From assembly GCA_046715855.1 (NCBI GenBank), contig JBKJYI010000099.1:1-25938 (forward strand): a stretch of 25,938 nucleotides of DNA, given 5' to 3'. Position numbers and translations under genes: made by a program. Positions 15,875 through 24,545 of the stretch are shown here, one piece after another. The number at the start of each line of letters is the position of its first letter. The first letter of the stretch is position 1. The notes below the pieces were generated by a model. The model saw only the letters and a program-made list of their open reading frames with translations, was not told the DNA's origin and searched no databases. This DNA comes from Phycisphaerae bacterium (GTDB taxonomy: Bacteria > Planctomycetota > Phycisphaerae > UBA1845).

Positions 15875-15956
15875 CTACACCCTGTCTGCACCAAACAGAT
15901 ACCCACCACGCAAGCCTGTACTTTTCCAAGCAAACCCATTGTCAATCTGGGCCACT

Positions 15957-15995
15957 CGGAACCCGGATCCCCGAAACCCGGATCCCGAAACCCGA
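15957..15995. repeat. Heptamer tandem array CG(G/A)A(A/T)CC
   Basis: CGGAACC CGGATCC C CGAAACC CGGATCC CGAAACC CGA. Confidence 0.75.
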
Positions 15996-16083
15996 CTAGC
16001 GATCACACCCTTCAGTTGCGACCGGCCCGGCAACAAGTTAGCTTTTCGCTTTGGAACGAGCAGGCCTTTTTCGGAGATAATCC

Positions 16084-17277
16084 ATGACTCAATCTACCAA
16101 GGTTCTAACGGCTACCGTTTGCGTCCTGGCTGTGACCGCGATTGCCAAAGCCAATTGGCCTCACTTCCTCGGGCCAAACTACGACCTCAAGAGTGACGAA
16201 ACCGGCTTCCTCAAGGCCACCGACAAACCCCTGCCCAAAATCTGGGAGCGGCACATTGGCTCGGCCTTCAGCTCCATGGCCATCGTCGATGGCCGCGTCT
16301 ACACCTGCGGGCAGGAAGACAAGCAGCAGTGGCTGATCTCGCTCAATGCGGACACCGGCGAAATCATCTGGAAGAAGCCCATCGAAAAGGAATTCCGCAA
16401 CGAGCACGGCGACGGAACCCGGGCAACGCCCACGGTTCACGACGGCCTGGTCTACATCCTCGGCGCCAATGGCCGCCTGCTCTGCGCCGACGCCAAGACC
16501 GGCGAGAAAGTGTGGGACAAGCAGTTCAACAACGCCCCAACCTGGGCCTACAGCGGCTCGGTATTGATCGAAGGCGACCTCGCCATCGTGTCGGCCGGCA
16601 AGGGCGACGGCGGCCTGGCGGCATTCGATCGCAAAACTGGTAAAGAAGTCTGGAAAACAGGCAGCGATCCCGTGGGCTACGCGACCCCCTATCCCTTCAC
16701 ATTCGACGGCAAGCGGTACATCGCGGGCTTTACCGGCAACGCGGCGCTCATCGTCGAACCCAAAACCGGCCGCGAGGTTTGGCGCACGACATGGGAGACG
16801 GATTGGGAGGTCAACGCGGCCGCGCCAATCTATCACGACGGCTACCTGTTTCTGACGTCGGGTTACAAAACCGGCTCGGCTCTCTACAAACTTTCCTCAA
16901 GCGGTGACAAGATCGCGGCACAGGAAGTCTGGCGGAGTGACGTCCTGCTCAACAAGTTCCAGTCGGCTTTGCTCCACGAAGGCCACCTCTACGCCAGCGA
17001 CCAGAACGCCCTCAAATGCGTCGAGTTTCTCACCGGCAAGGAAAAGTGGAAGAAGCCCCGCGTCCGCAACGGCACCGTGATCCTCGCCGAGGGCCACCTG
17101 CTTCTGCTGACCGAAAGCGGTCAGCTGCAAATCGCCCCGGCCACACCCGAAGACTTCAAGCCTACCCTAACCGCCGAAATCCTCGACGGCCGCTGCTGGA
17201 GCGCCCCCGTCCTCCTTGGAGGCCGCATCTACGCCCGCAACCTCGAACGTGCCGTCTGCTTCAATCTGAAACCGTAG
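16084..17277 (+). CDS. PQQ-binding-like beta-propeller protein (planctomycete secreted type)
   Basis: Signal peptide, then NWPHFLGP, and repeated blades such as LNADTGEIIWK, ADAKTGEKVW and FDRKTGKEVWK. C-terminal CWSAPVLLGGRIYARN. Confidence 0.85.
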   Translation: MTQSTKVLTATVCVLAVTAIAKANWPHFLGPNYDLKSDETGFLKATDKPLPKIWERHIGSAFSSMAIVDGRVYTCGQEDKQQWLISLNADTGEIIWKKPIEKEFRNEHGDGTRATPTVHDGLVYILGANGRLLCADAKTGEKVWDKQFNNAPTWAYSGSVLIEGDLAIVSAGKGDGGLAAFDRKTGKEVWKTGSDPVGYATPYPFTFDGKRYIAGFTGNAALIVEPKTGREVWRTTWETDWEVNAAAPIYHDGYLFLTSGYKTGSALYKLSSSGDKIAAQEVWRSDVLLNKFQSALLHEGHLYASDQNALKCVEFLTGKEKWKKPRVRNGTVILAEGHLLLLTESGQLQIAPATPEDFKPTLTAEILDGRCWSAPVLLGGRIYARNLERAVCFNLKP

Positions 17278-17280
17278 GTA

Positions 17281-18606
17281 TCACCCGGAAGTTGCGGAGA
17301 GGTCCAAGGCCATGATCTTCTTGCGATCGCGAACGTACAACGTTTTGTCCACCAGCGTCGGCGCCGCCCACGCATACCGCTCGGCGACTTTCGCCTGGGA
17401 AAGAATCTGCATGCCCTTGGGATCGACTTTGAGAAGGGCCAATTGCCCGTCTTCATCGAGCAGGATGAGCTTGCCGTCGGCGTACACGCAATTGGCCTTG
17501 GTGAAGCCGCGCTCGCGCCAGGCCACCTCGCCGGTCTTCAAATTAATGGCCATGAAGAACGCCGGCCCGAAATCCCCGCTGGACCCATAGACATACCCGT
17601 CTAGGAGAATGGCATTTCCATGATGGACGCGCATCTTGCGGCTATACCAGAGCTCCTCGGGGACGATCTTCCCGTCCTTCTTGGTCAGCTTGACCGCGCG
17701 GCTGCCGGAGTCATATGCGGACGAGCCGAAGAAGGTGTCCTTGCCGTCGAAAACCGGAGTAGTGATGTTGGCCCCTTCGGGCTTGAGCTCGTGCCGCCAA
17801 AGCAGCTCGCCTGTGTCGGCATTCAGCGCGATGAAATCCTTTTGCAGCATGAACACCAACTGATCCTGCCCGTCGAACTTGATAAGAATGGGCGAGGCGT
17901 AGCCAACAGGCAAATCCTGGCTGGACCAAAGAAGGTCGCCGCTTTTCTTATCGAAGGCGACAATCGACTGGGCCTCGGCGATTCCGCCGGCCGTGTTTTT
18001 CCTGGGCTCGCCCTCCTTGGGCTTGGCATCTTCGTCCTCGCGAGGCCGATCGACGATCACGATCAAGGCGTTTTTATAAACCATCGGGCTCGCGCCGTAG
18101 CCCCGGTCGGGCACATGGGCGTTGTATTCTTTGACCAGATCGTGCGACCAGAGAACATCGCCGCTTTTTTTCTCAAAGGCGTTGAGCATGCCGTTGGTGC
18201 CGATGGTGTAGACAAATATTCCGTCCACGACCGGCGTGGTGTGCGGTCCGGGGCCGAACTGGTTCATCACCTCGGTGGAGGGAGAGGGATGCTTGTGTTC
18301 CCAGATGGTTTTTCCGGTCTTGGCATCAAGGGCGAGGGAGAATTCGTCTTGGCCCGCGCGATACATCGTGTAGAGCAATCCATCGTCGGCGACGATCGTC
18401 GCGTAGCCGTCGCCCAGGTCGCGCTCCCAGATCTTGCGCGGTCCGCCCTCAGGCCACTTGTCGGCCAGGCCCTTGGAGTCCACCTTGAAATCGCGGTTTG
18501 GCCCGCCGAATTGAGGCCATTGCGCAAATGCAGGCAGGACGAACGAGCCCAGCGCGAAGGCGAATGCGAAGAACCGAATTGCTTTGATTCGAGACAAAGA
18601 AATCAT
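17281..18606 (-). CDS. PQQ-binding-like beta-propeller protein
   Basis: ATG 18606 with GGAGA upstream; signal peptide; QWPQFGGP; blades ALDAKTGKTIWE and ALNADTGELLW; C-terminal WAAPTLVDKTLYVRD. Confidence 0.85.
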   Translation of the reverse strand: MISLSRIKAIRFFAFAFALGSFVLPAFAQWPQFGGPNRDFKVDSKGLADKWPEGGPRKIWERDLGDGYATIVADDGLLYTMYRAGQDEFSLALDAKTGKTIWEHKHPSPSTEVMNQFGPGPHTTPVVDGIFVYTIGTNGMLNAFEKKSGDVLWSHDLVKEYNAHVPDRGYGASPMVYKNALIVIVDRPREDEDAKPKEGEPRKNTAGGIAEAQSIVAFDKKSGDLLWSSQDLPVGYASPILIKFDGQDQLVFMLQKDFIALNADTGELLWRHELKPEGANITTPVFDGKDTFFGSSAYDSGSRAVKLTKKDGKIVPEELWYSRKMRVHHGNAILLDGYVYGSSGDFGPAFFMAINLKTGEVAWRERGFTKANCVYADGKLILLDEDGQLALLKVDPKGMQILSQAKVAERYAWAAPTLVDKTLYVRDRKKIMALDLSATSG

Positions 18607-18765
18607 GGAATTCTCCCATCGGGCAATAAGCGTGAGCGGTCTCAACTGGACGCACATGGTATTAACGCGTGGAAAAACCCCTGTCCATGCGCGCGGCATA
18701 AGAACTTGTACAAAGTGCCGTTTGAATCAGATATTGGTGCGCTGAGGTTGCCAAAGCAACCGTGC

Positions 18766-20025
18766 TTAGCCCTGACCAAGATCGAGCGCCATGATCGATT
18801 CCTTGTCGCGAACGTAGAGAGTCTTGCCGACGATTGTGGGAGCGGTCCAGGCCGGCTTCTTGAGCAACTGCACTTTGGAGTGAACCGTCAATGTCTCCGA
18901 AGTCGGGGTCGCCAGTGCCAGGTTGCCGTCTTCGTCGAGGATGATCAGTTTGCCGTCGGCGTGGACCATGGTGGATTTGCCAAAGCCGCGTTCGCGCCAG
19001 CCGAGCTTTCCGTCGGCGACATTCAAGGATGTAATGAATGCCGGCGTATCTCCGCTGCTCCCGTACACGGTCCCGCCCTGGCGGATGCAGGTTCCCTGGC
19101 CAACGGCCATTTTGCGGGTCGCCCAGACTTCTTCCACCTTTGTCGCAGCGGCGTCCTTGGTCAGCTTGAGTCCCTTGCTGCCAGCCTCACCGCCGGAGCT
19201 GATATAGAGGATGCCATCGCTGCCCCAAATGGGCGTGCAGATGTTGGTCTTCCACTGGTTAACGTGCGGATGGCTCCAAAGTTTTTCGCCGGTTTTGGGG
19301 TCCACGCCGAGAACTTCCTTGCCGGCCAGCAGAACCACCTGATCCTCGCCACCGACGTTGATGACGATGGGCGAGGAATACAAGTCCCCATGTTCTTCGC
19401 CGCCGAAATCATGCTTCTTCCACAGCAGCGATCCATCGGAGAGCTTGAATGCGAGCAACCCCGTACCTGTGCCTCCCGCACCGACGATCAACGAGTCCTT
19501 GTAAACCAGCGGGCTCGACGAGTAGCCAAAGTGCGGGGTGGCCGCCGAGTATTCCTTTGCCAGATCGTGCATCCAAACCAGGCTGCCGTTGGAGAGATCG
19601 AGGGCGTGCAGAATGCCGGAAACTCCCAGCGTGTAGATGCGGCCTTGGTGGATGGTCGGCGTGGCGTTGGGACCCTTGCCAAATTGGACTTCCATTCCTG
19701 CAGGAACGGGGGCACTATATTTATGCTCCCACAGCGTTTTTCCGGTGGCGGCGTCCATGGCAACCACAAATTCGTCATCGCCCTTGCGGTACATGGTGTA
19801 GAGTTTGCCACCGTCGGCGAGAATCGAAGAATACCCTTCGCCCAGTTCGCGTGACCAGATTTTCCTGGGGCCCCCTTCGGGCCACTCCGATGCCAGACCC
19901 TTCGCGTCAGAGGAGAAATCGCGCTTGGGCCCGCCCCATTGAGTCCATTGGGCTCGAGCGGGCGCGGTTGAAAGCAGACCCGCGAGAACAGTGATGGTGA
20001 ACGCGCTGATCGATTGATTTTTCAT
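18766..20025 (-). CDS. PQQ-binding-like beta-propeller protein, tandem paralogue of 17281-18606
   Basis: ATG 20025 with GGAGA upstream; QWTQWGGP; WPEGGPRKIW shared verbatim with its neighbour; C-terminal WTAPTIVGKTLYVRD. Confidence 0.85.
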   Translation of the reverse strand: MKNQSISAFTITVLAGLLSTAPARAQWTQWGGPKRDFSSDAKGLASEWPEGGPRKIWSRELGEGYSSILADGGKLYTMYRKGDDEFVVAMDAATGKTLWEHKYSAPVPAGMEVQFGKGPNATPTIHQGRIYTLGVSGILHALDLSNGSLVWMHDLAKEYSAATPHFGYSSSPLVYKDSLIVGAGGTGTGLLAFKLSDGSLLWKKHDFGGEEHGDLYSSPIVINVGGEDQVVLLAGKEVLGVDPKTGEKLWSHPHVNQWKTNICTPIWGSDGILYISSGGEAGSKGLKLTKDAAATKVEEVWATRKMAVGQGTCIRQGGTVYGSSGDTPAFITSLNVADGKLGWRERGFGKSTMVHADGKLIILDEDGNLALATPTSETLTVHSKVQLLKKPAWTAPTIVGKTLYVRDKESIMALDLGQG

Positions 20026-20334
20026 TGGATTTTCTCTCCGCAGCTTGGTTGTGAATTTAATTGACCCCGAGGGGAGACATACTCTTCGAGAAGGCATGAA
20101 TCGTCAATCGGAGAGGCGAGCAAGAGTCATCGCAAATGCGGGATGTGCGGAAGAGAATTGTGCGGAATTGTAAGCTGCCCGTTCGGCGCTAACGCCTGGG
20201 CCAGGTTGATCAGATGGACGCCGTTTTTTCGGTCACGGAAGAGCCACGCCAGTTTGGGAACGGAAGGACCGGCGCCAAATGAGCCGCCAGAAACGATACC
20301 CCAATGCTTGTCCGCGAGGTGGTACGACCAATGG

Positions 20335-21291
20335 TCAAATTCGCAGCAGCACCTTCAAGGTGTCCCGCTGCCTGCAGAAGTCGAAAGCCGAAACACCCTC
20401 TTCCAGCGGAACAATGCGCGTAATCAGCGAGCGAACTTCAACGGCCCTTCGAGCCAGCGCGTTGATTGCCTCGCCGAAGGAGCCGCAGCGACTGCCGATG
20501 AGTTTCACTTCGTTGATCACCAGGGGGGCCAGGTTCGGCGATGGGTCCGCGCGGTCGGAATAGGTGCTTTTGAGCACGATGGTTCCGCGAGGCCGGACGA
20601 GTCCCATAGATAAGCGAAGTCCATCCGGCGAACCTGAACAGTCGACAACGACGTCGCGGTCGTTTCGCAGGGCGAGGTCGTCCACATGAATACCTTGAAT
20701 GCCGAGCTTGTCACATCGCTCCAGCTTGGATGGATTGCGGCCAATCACGGTTAAGCGGCAACCGGTACGGGCCAGCACCTGGGCCACCAATAATCCTAAT
20801 CGGCCAGGACCAATTACGCCGACCGTCATTTTTGAATCGACCGGGCATTGTGCAACAACCTGGTACGCTGCGGCCAGCGGCTCGACGAACACGGCTTCTT
20901 CGTCGGAGACAGACGATGGCACTTCCAGAAGACTGGTTTCGGGAATAACTACGAAATCGGCAAAGCATCCATTTCTGCCTGCAATGCCCATCACCGTCCG
21001 CTTGCGGCAGTGATTGGAAAATCCCTTAACGCACATGTCGCACTTGCCGCACGGACAATTGATCTGGGCCACAACGCGTTTGCCCTGCCAGCGATGCGTG
21101 CCGGCCGATACTGTTCCCACCATTTCGTGACCAAGTACGCCGCGGAACTCCATGTAGCCGCGCATGATTTCCAGATCCGTGGCACATATGCCGGCCAGAT
21201 GGACGCGCACGATGGCTTGCCCTTCTGCGGGTTGGGGGTCGGGGAAGGCGGCGTCGAACCGCAGTGCATCGGTGAAGGTCAGAGCGCGCAT
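20335..21291 (-). CDS. Zinc-dependent medium-chain alcohol dehydrogenase (MDR family)
   Basis: GICATD, GHE, structural-Zn CPCGKCDMCVKGFSNHC, EPLAAA, GPGRLG and GSRCG. Start MRALTF at 21291, overlapping the mobA end by 13 nt. Confidence 0.9.
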   Translation of the reverse strand: MRALTFTDALRFDAAFPDPQPAEGQAIVRVHLAGICATDLEIMRGYMEFRGVLGHEMVGTVSAGTHRWQGKRVVAQINCPCGKCDMCVKGFSNHCRKRTVMGIAGRNGCFADFVVIPETSLLEVPSSVSDEEAVFVEPLAAAYQVVAQCPVDSKMTVGVIGPGRLGLLVAQVLARTGCRLTVIGRNPSKLERCDKLGIQGIHVDDLALRNDRDVVVDCSGSPDGLRLSMGLVRPRGTIVLKSTYSDRADPSPNLAPLVINEVKLIGSRCGSFGEAINALARRAVEVRSLITRIVPLEEGVSAFDFCRQRDTLKVLLRI

Positions 21292-21935
21292 CCCAGACCT
21301 TTCGAAGTGGGATAGGCCGCAGCCAGGGCGGCGTCGTATTGAGCCGGGTTGTTCATATTCCAAAATGATTTTTGTTCGGGGTCGATGTCCGCCAAATCTG
21401 TTTCGCGCAGGAATACGGGACCGCATTGCAGCGCAAAGTTTTGTGCGCGGAATTGCCCTTTGCGCAGCATCTCTTTAATGACGACAAAGGTGGTCAGGCG
21501 ATAAACTGCCAGCGTTGGAAACAATCTTCCTTCCAGCTCAGGCACAACTGCGCTGTGTTCGCCAAGCAACTCGATCATTCGATGAAGCACCTCAGCTCTC
21601 AAGAAGGGGTGGTCGCACGGGACCACGAGAACCGCATCGCAGCAATTACGGAGCGAGTCCATGCCTGCGGCGATGCCGGCCAAAGGACCCGCATGATCAG
21701 AGTCATCAAGTACAACTGGTATCGCAGGGGTGATCGGCGGAATCTCAACTCCATGGCGAGACGCGAGCACGAGGGGCGAGGCCATCTGAGCCACCACGGT
21801 AACGACACGTTGAAGGAGATACTCACCTCCCAACCGCAAGCCGGCCTTCGACGTGCCCATTCTGCGACTCTCTCCGCCGCAAAGGATGATTCCACCCACA
21901 CGCCAGATCGATTGAGGGGAGTCGGGAGGTTGCAA
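21279..21935 (-). CDS. mobA: Molybdenum cofactor guanylyltransferase
   Basis: IILCGGESRRMGTSKA, GPLAGI, VPCDHP and FWNMNNP. TTG start is tentative. Confidence 0.85.
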   Translation of the reverse strand: MQPPDSPQSIWRVGGIILCGGESRRMGTSKAGLRLGGEYLLQRVVTVVAQMASPLVLASRHGVEIPPITPAIPVVLDDSDHAGPLAGIAAGMDSLRNCCDAVLVVPCDHPFLRAEVLHRMIELLGEHSAVVPELEGRLFPTLAVYRLTTFVVIKEMLRKGQFRAQNFALQCGPVFLRETDLADIDPEQKSFWNMNNPAQYDAALAAAYPTSKGLGCAL

Positions 21936-21961
21936 TTGCAGAATCCCAATTTACAGGGTCA

Positions 21962-21984
21962 ACCACTGCTCACGGAGCAGTGGT
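21962..21984. repeat. Perfect 10-bp hairpin ACCACTGCTC-ACG-GAGCAGTGGT (REP-like)
   Basis: Stem seen directly. On the - strand it is preceded by GGTGT, resembling the GGTG+stem layout of family B. No U-tract, so it is not called a terminator. Confidence 0.6.
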
Positions 21985-22004
21985 ACACCATTCCACTTGG
22001 TACG

Positions 22005-22889
22005 CTATTCCACGTTTTGGACTTGTTCCTTGAGTCGATCGATCATGCTCTTAATTTGAACGACCGCGCGGGCAATGGCAGTGTCGTTGCTCTTTGATCC
22101 GATGGTGTTGGCTTCGCGCAGAAGCTCCTGGGCGAGAAAATCGAGCGTGCGGCCCACCTGCTCGCCACGATCGCAGAGCTGCACGAACTGATCGAGGTGT
22201 GACCGTAATCGGCTGATTTCCTCGGTGATATCGCAACGTTCAGCATAGATGGCCACTTCACGCATCAGCCCGTCGGCGGCGAGGTCGAAGCCCCCGCCTT
22301 GCATAAGGGTGGATACCCGGCTTTTGAGTCGCTCGTGATACTCATTCACGACGAACGGAGCCCGCTCGGCCACCGCGCCGAGCTCGCGACGAATCGTGTC
22401 GCAATGCCCTGCGAGTTCGACCGAAAGCGCCCGGCCTTCTTCGCGCCGCATGGTGGACAATGCATCGATGCCGCGCTCCGTGAGCTTCAAAAGGAGGTCC
22501 AGCTTGTGCTTTTTGATCGTTTCGTCGGCGTTGCCCGGGTCGGTTACGCCGGGAAATTGAGCGACGGTGGCCAGATCGATGGTCGTCGCGATTCCGTCAC
22601 CCACGCGGACTCCTGCGAGCAGGTCCACGTAGCGCTGCAAGGCCGCAATGTTGAGCGACTTGGCGACTTCGGCCGCATCGGAACGCCGCCGAAATGTACA
22701 TGTCACGGTACCGCGCGAAATCCGCCTGCGAACCAGGCGGTCGATTTCCGTTTCCGCGAATTGCAGGTCGTCCGGCAGCTTGATGTGCAGTTTAAGATAG
22801 CGATTGTTTACGCTCCGAATTTCCAAAGCGTAACCGACGCCGCCATCCTCGACTTGCGCGGCGCCATAACCGGTCATCGAAACGATCAT
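22005..22889 (-). CDS. yicC: YicC/YloC family endoribonuclease
   Basis: MIVSMTGYG, EIRSVNNRYL, DITEEISRLRSH, GRTLDFLAQELLREANTIGSK and EQVQNVE. ATGA overlap with secG. Confidence 0.93.
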   Translation of the reverse strand: MIVSMTGYGAAQVEDGGVGYALEIRSVNNRYLKLHIKLPDDLQFAETEIDRLVRRRISRGTVTCTFRRRSDAAEVAKSLNIAALQRYVDLLAGVRVGDGIATTIDLATVAQFPGVTDPGNADETIKKHKLDLLLKLTERGIDALSTMRREEGRALSVELAGHCDTIRRELGAVAERAPFVVNEYHERLKSRVSTLMQGGGFDLAADGLMREVAIYAERCDITEEISRLRSHLDQFVQLCDRGEQVGRTLDFLAQELLREANTIGSKSNDTAIARAVVQIKSMIDRLKEQVQNVE

Positions 22890-23434
22890 GGAGTCGCAGG
22901 TTCCTCTGCCGGTTTTTCGGCGGGGGGATTTTCAGCCGGCGGCGTGACCGGAGGCGCTGGAGCGAGTGGTTCATCTTTGCCAGGCGGCAGCGTTACCGGT
23001 TGCGCCCCTGGCGCCAAATCGGTAGGCTTGATGGTGACAGATTGCACCCTGGAGGTTGACCCGGGAGGTAATTGCCCAATGTCGATGGGCAATGCCGTAC
23101 CGTCGTCTCCCACTTGAACGGGGATCAACTCGGGCGGGGCGCTCTTATCCGCTGCGACCGCAGGGGTCTCCACAGAGGGAAGCTGCGATACATCGAATGC
23201 AAAATTGGCAACTACGGCCAGCACTACGAAGATGCCGGCTACGATACACGTAATCCAGGTGAAGACGTCGCCGGTCTTCGCCCCGAAGGCTCCCGAGCCG
23301 CCGCCCCCGCCAAAGGCGCTGGCAATGCCTCCGCCGCGACCCCGCTGCAGCAGGATCACCAGCATGAGGAAAAGGCATACGCAGATGAGAACAACCGACA
23401 GTAACCACTGAGTCCAGGTCATCGATGCAAGCAT
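22886..23434 (-). CDS. secG: Preprotein translocase subunit SecG with a long Pro-rich C-terminal tail
   Basis: TM1-LLQRGRGGGIASAFGGGG..FG-TM2 (TWITCIVAGIFVVLAVV); position directly after tpiA. Alternative start at 23422. Confidence 0.9.
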   Translation of the reverse strand: MLASMTWTQWLLSVVLICVCLFLMLVILLQRGRGGGIASAFGGGGGSGAFGAKTGDVFTWITCIVAGIFVVLAVVANFAFDVSQLPSVETPAVAADKSAPPELIPVQVGDDGTALPIDIGQLPPGSTSRVQSVTIKPTDLAPGAQPVTLPPGKDEPLAPAPPVTPPAENPPAEKPAEEPATP

Positions 23435-23489
23435 TGACAGTCTCTTTACTTACGAAAAGTTTGTGCGGAATACGACCCCGCAGTTCATC

Positions 23490-24263
23490 TCACATGCGTC
23501 GAATCGACGCCGCGGCGGAGATAATAGCAAGAAAGTCGTCCGCTGCCAAACAGGCCCCGCCAACCAGTGCCCCGTCGATATCGGGCTGACCCAGCAACTC
23601 CGCCGCGTTGCCGGGCTTGACGCTGCCACCGTAGAGGATGCGAATTTGGGACGCCACCGCGTTCCCATACATCTTTCCGAGCCAGCGGCGAATGTAGGCG
23701 TGAACTTCCTGGGCTTGATTCGGGGTAGCCGTCTTGCCGGTACCGATGGCCCAGACCGGCTCATAGGCGACGATCAAGCGTGCTGCGGACACTTCGCGGT
23801 CCAGCACTTCGAGAAGTTGGTTTTGGATGATGGACTCCGTGTTGCCAGCCTCGCGCTCAGCCAGCGTTTCCCCAACGCAGTAGATGACTTGCAGGCCGCC
23901 CGCGACCACAGCGCGGACTTTTCGGGCGAGCAATGCGTTGGCTTCATGGAAGAACTGGCGGCGTTCGCTGTGGCCGATCAGGGCGTGAGTGCAGCCCGTG
24001 TCCGCGAGCATGGCTACAGACACTTCCCCGGTGAAAGCTCCTTCTTTCTCAAAGTGCGCGTTTTGCGCGCCGAGCTTGATGGGGGTGCCGGCAATGGCCT
24101 TGGCCATCGGAAACAACAGTTGAAAGGGCGGACAAATCAAGACTTCGACTTCGGCGAGGTTGGCAATGCGCGACAATCCACGGACGATGCCCTCGACCAG
24201 CTCTCGCGCCGGGGCCAGCGTCTTGTACATCTTCCAGTTCCCGGCAATCAACTTTTTCCGCAT
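23490..24263 (-). CDS. tpiA: Triosephosphate isomerase
   Basis: AGNWKM, GAFTGEVS, IGHSERR, AYEPVWAIGTG, YGGSVK and DGALVGGA. Confidence 0.97.
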   Translation of the reverse strand: MRKKLIAGNWKMYKTLAPARELVEGIVRGLSRIANLAEVEVLICPPFQLLFPMAKAIAGTPIKLGAQNAHFEKEGAFTGEVSVAMLADTGCTHALIGHSERRQFFHEANALLARKVRAVVAGGLQVIYCVGETLAEREAGNTESIIQNQLLEVLDREVSAARLIVAYEPVWAIGTGKTATPNQAQEVHAYIRRWLGKMYGNAVASQIRILYGGSVKPGNAAELLGQPDIDGALVGGACLAADDFLAIISAAASIRRM

Positions 24264-24289
24264 GAAGACCTCAAACCAGGAAACTGCTC

Positions 24290-24542
24290 ATCCGCAGATT
24301 GCGCAGAGTTGCGCAGTTTTTATGGGAGTCAAAGAATAGGGTGCTGGTATGAAGTGCAGATCGGGTGCCATGCCCAAGCCCAGCCTCATCGGGCGCCGGC
24401 ATGAATAGCAAGAGCATGGCGGCGCTTCGCTAGGCCATGGCACCCCTTATATTCAAACCATACCAATACCCAGAATAGTTGCTGCGTATTTGATCGCTTG
24501 AATCCAGGACTGAATCTGCGTAAATCTGCGTAATTTGCGGAT
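24290..24542. repeat. 30-bp imperfect inverted repeats built from CGCAGATT-type units, bounding the tpiA-accC intergenic element
   Basis: 24290-24319 vs the reverse complement of 24513-24542: 25/30 identical. Confidence 0.8.
24339..24471. mobile_element. MITE-like 133-bp insertion with 13-bp terminal inverted repeats and 6-bp target-site duplication
   Basis: TIRs GGGTGCTGGTATG (24339-24351) and CATACCAATACCC (24459-24471), 11/13 complementary. AGAATA directly repeated at 24333-24338 and 24472-24477. It contains an inverted pair of family B repeats. Confidence 0.65.
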
Positions 24543-24545
24543 TCA

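Noticed and set aside
17620-19854. 744-aa + strand ORF
   Set aside because: It is the antisense shadow of two propeller genes that share a frame register (their ends differ by 1485 nt, a multiple of 3). The translation has no recognisable motifs.
16084-20025. True BamB or quinoprotein dehydrogenases
   Set aside because: No lipobox cysteine and no catalytic motifs recognised. Three copies with a WPxFxGP start fit the expanded planctomycete propeller family.
20026-20334. ncRNA (SRP RNA, Moco riboswitch, tRNA) in the larger spacers
   Set aside because: No SRP domain IV, T-loop/anticodon pattern or riboswitch consensus was recognised by eye. An Infernal/Rfam scan of 13687-14139, 15526-16083, 18607-18765 and 20026-20334 would be decisive.
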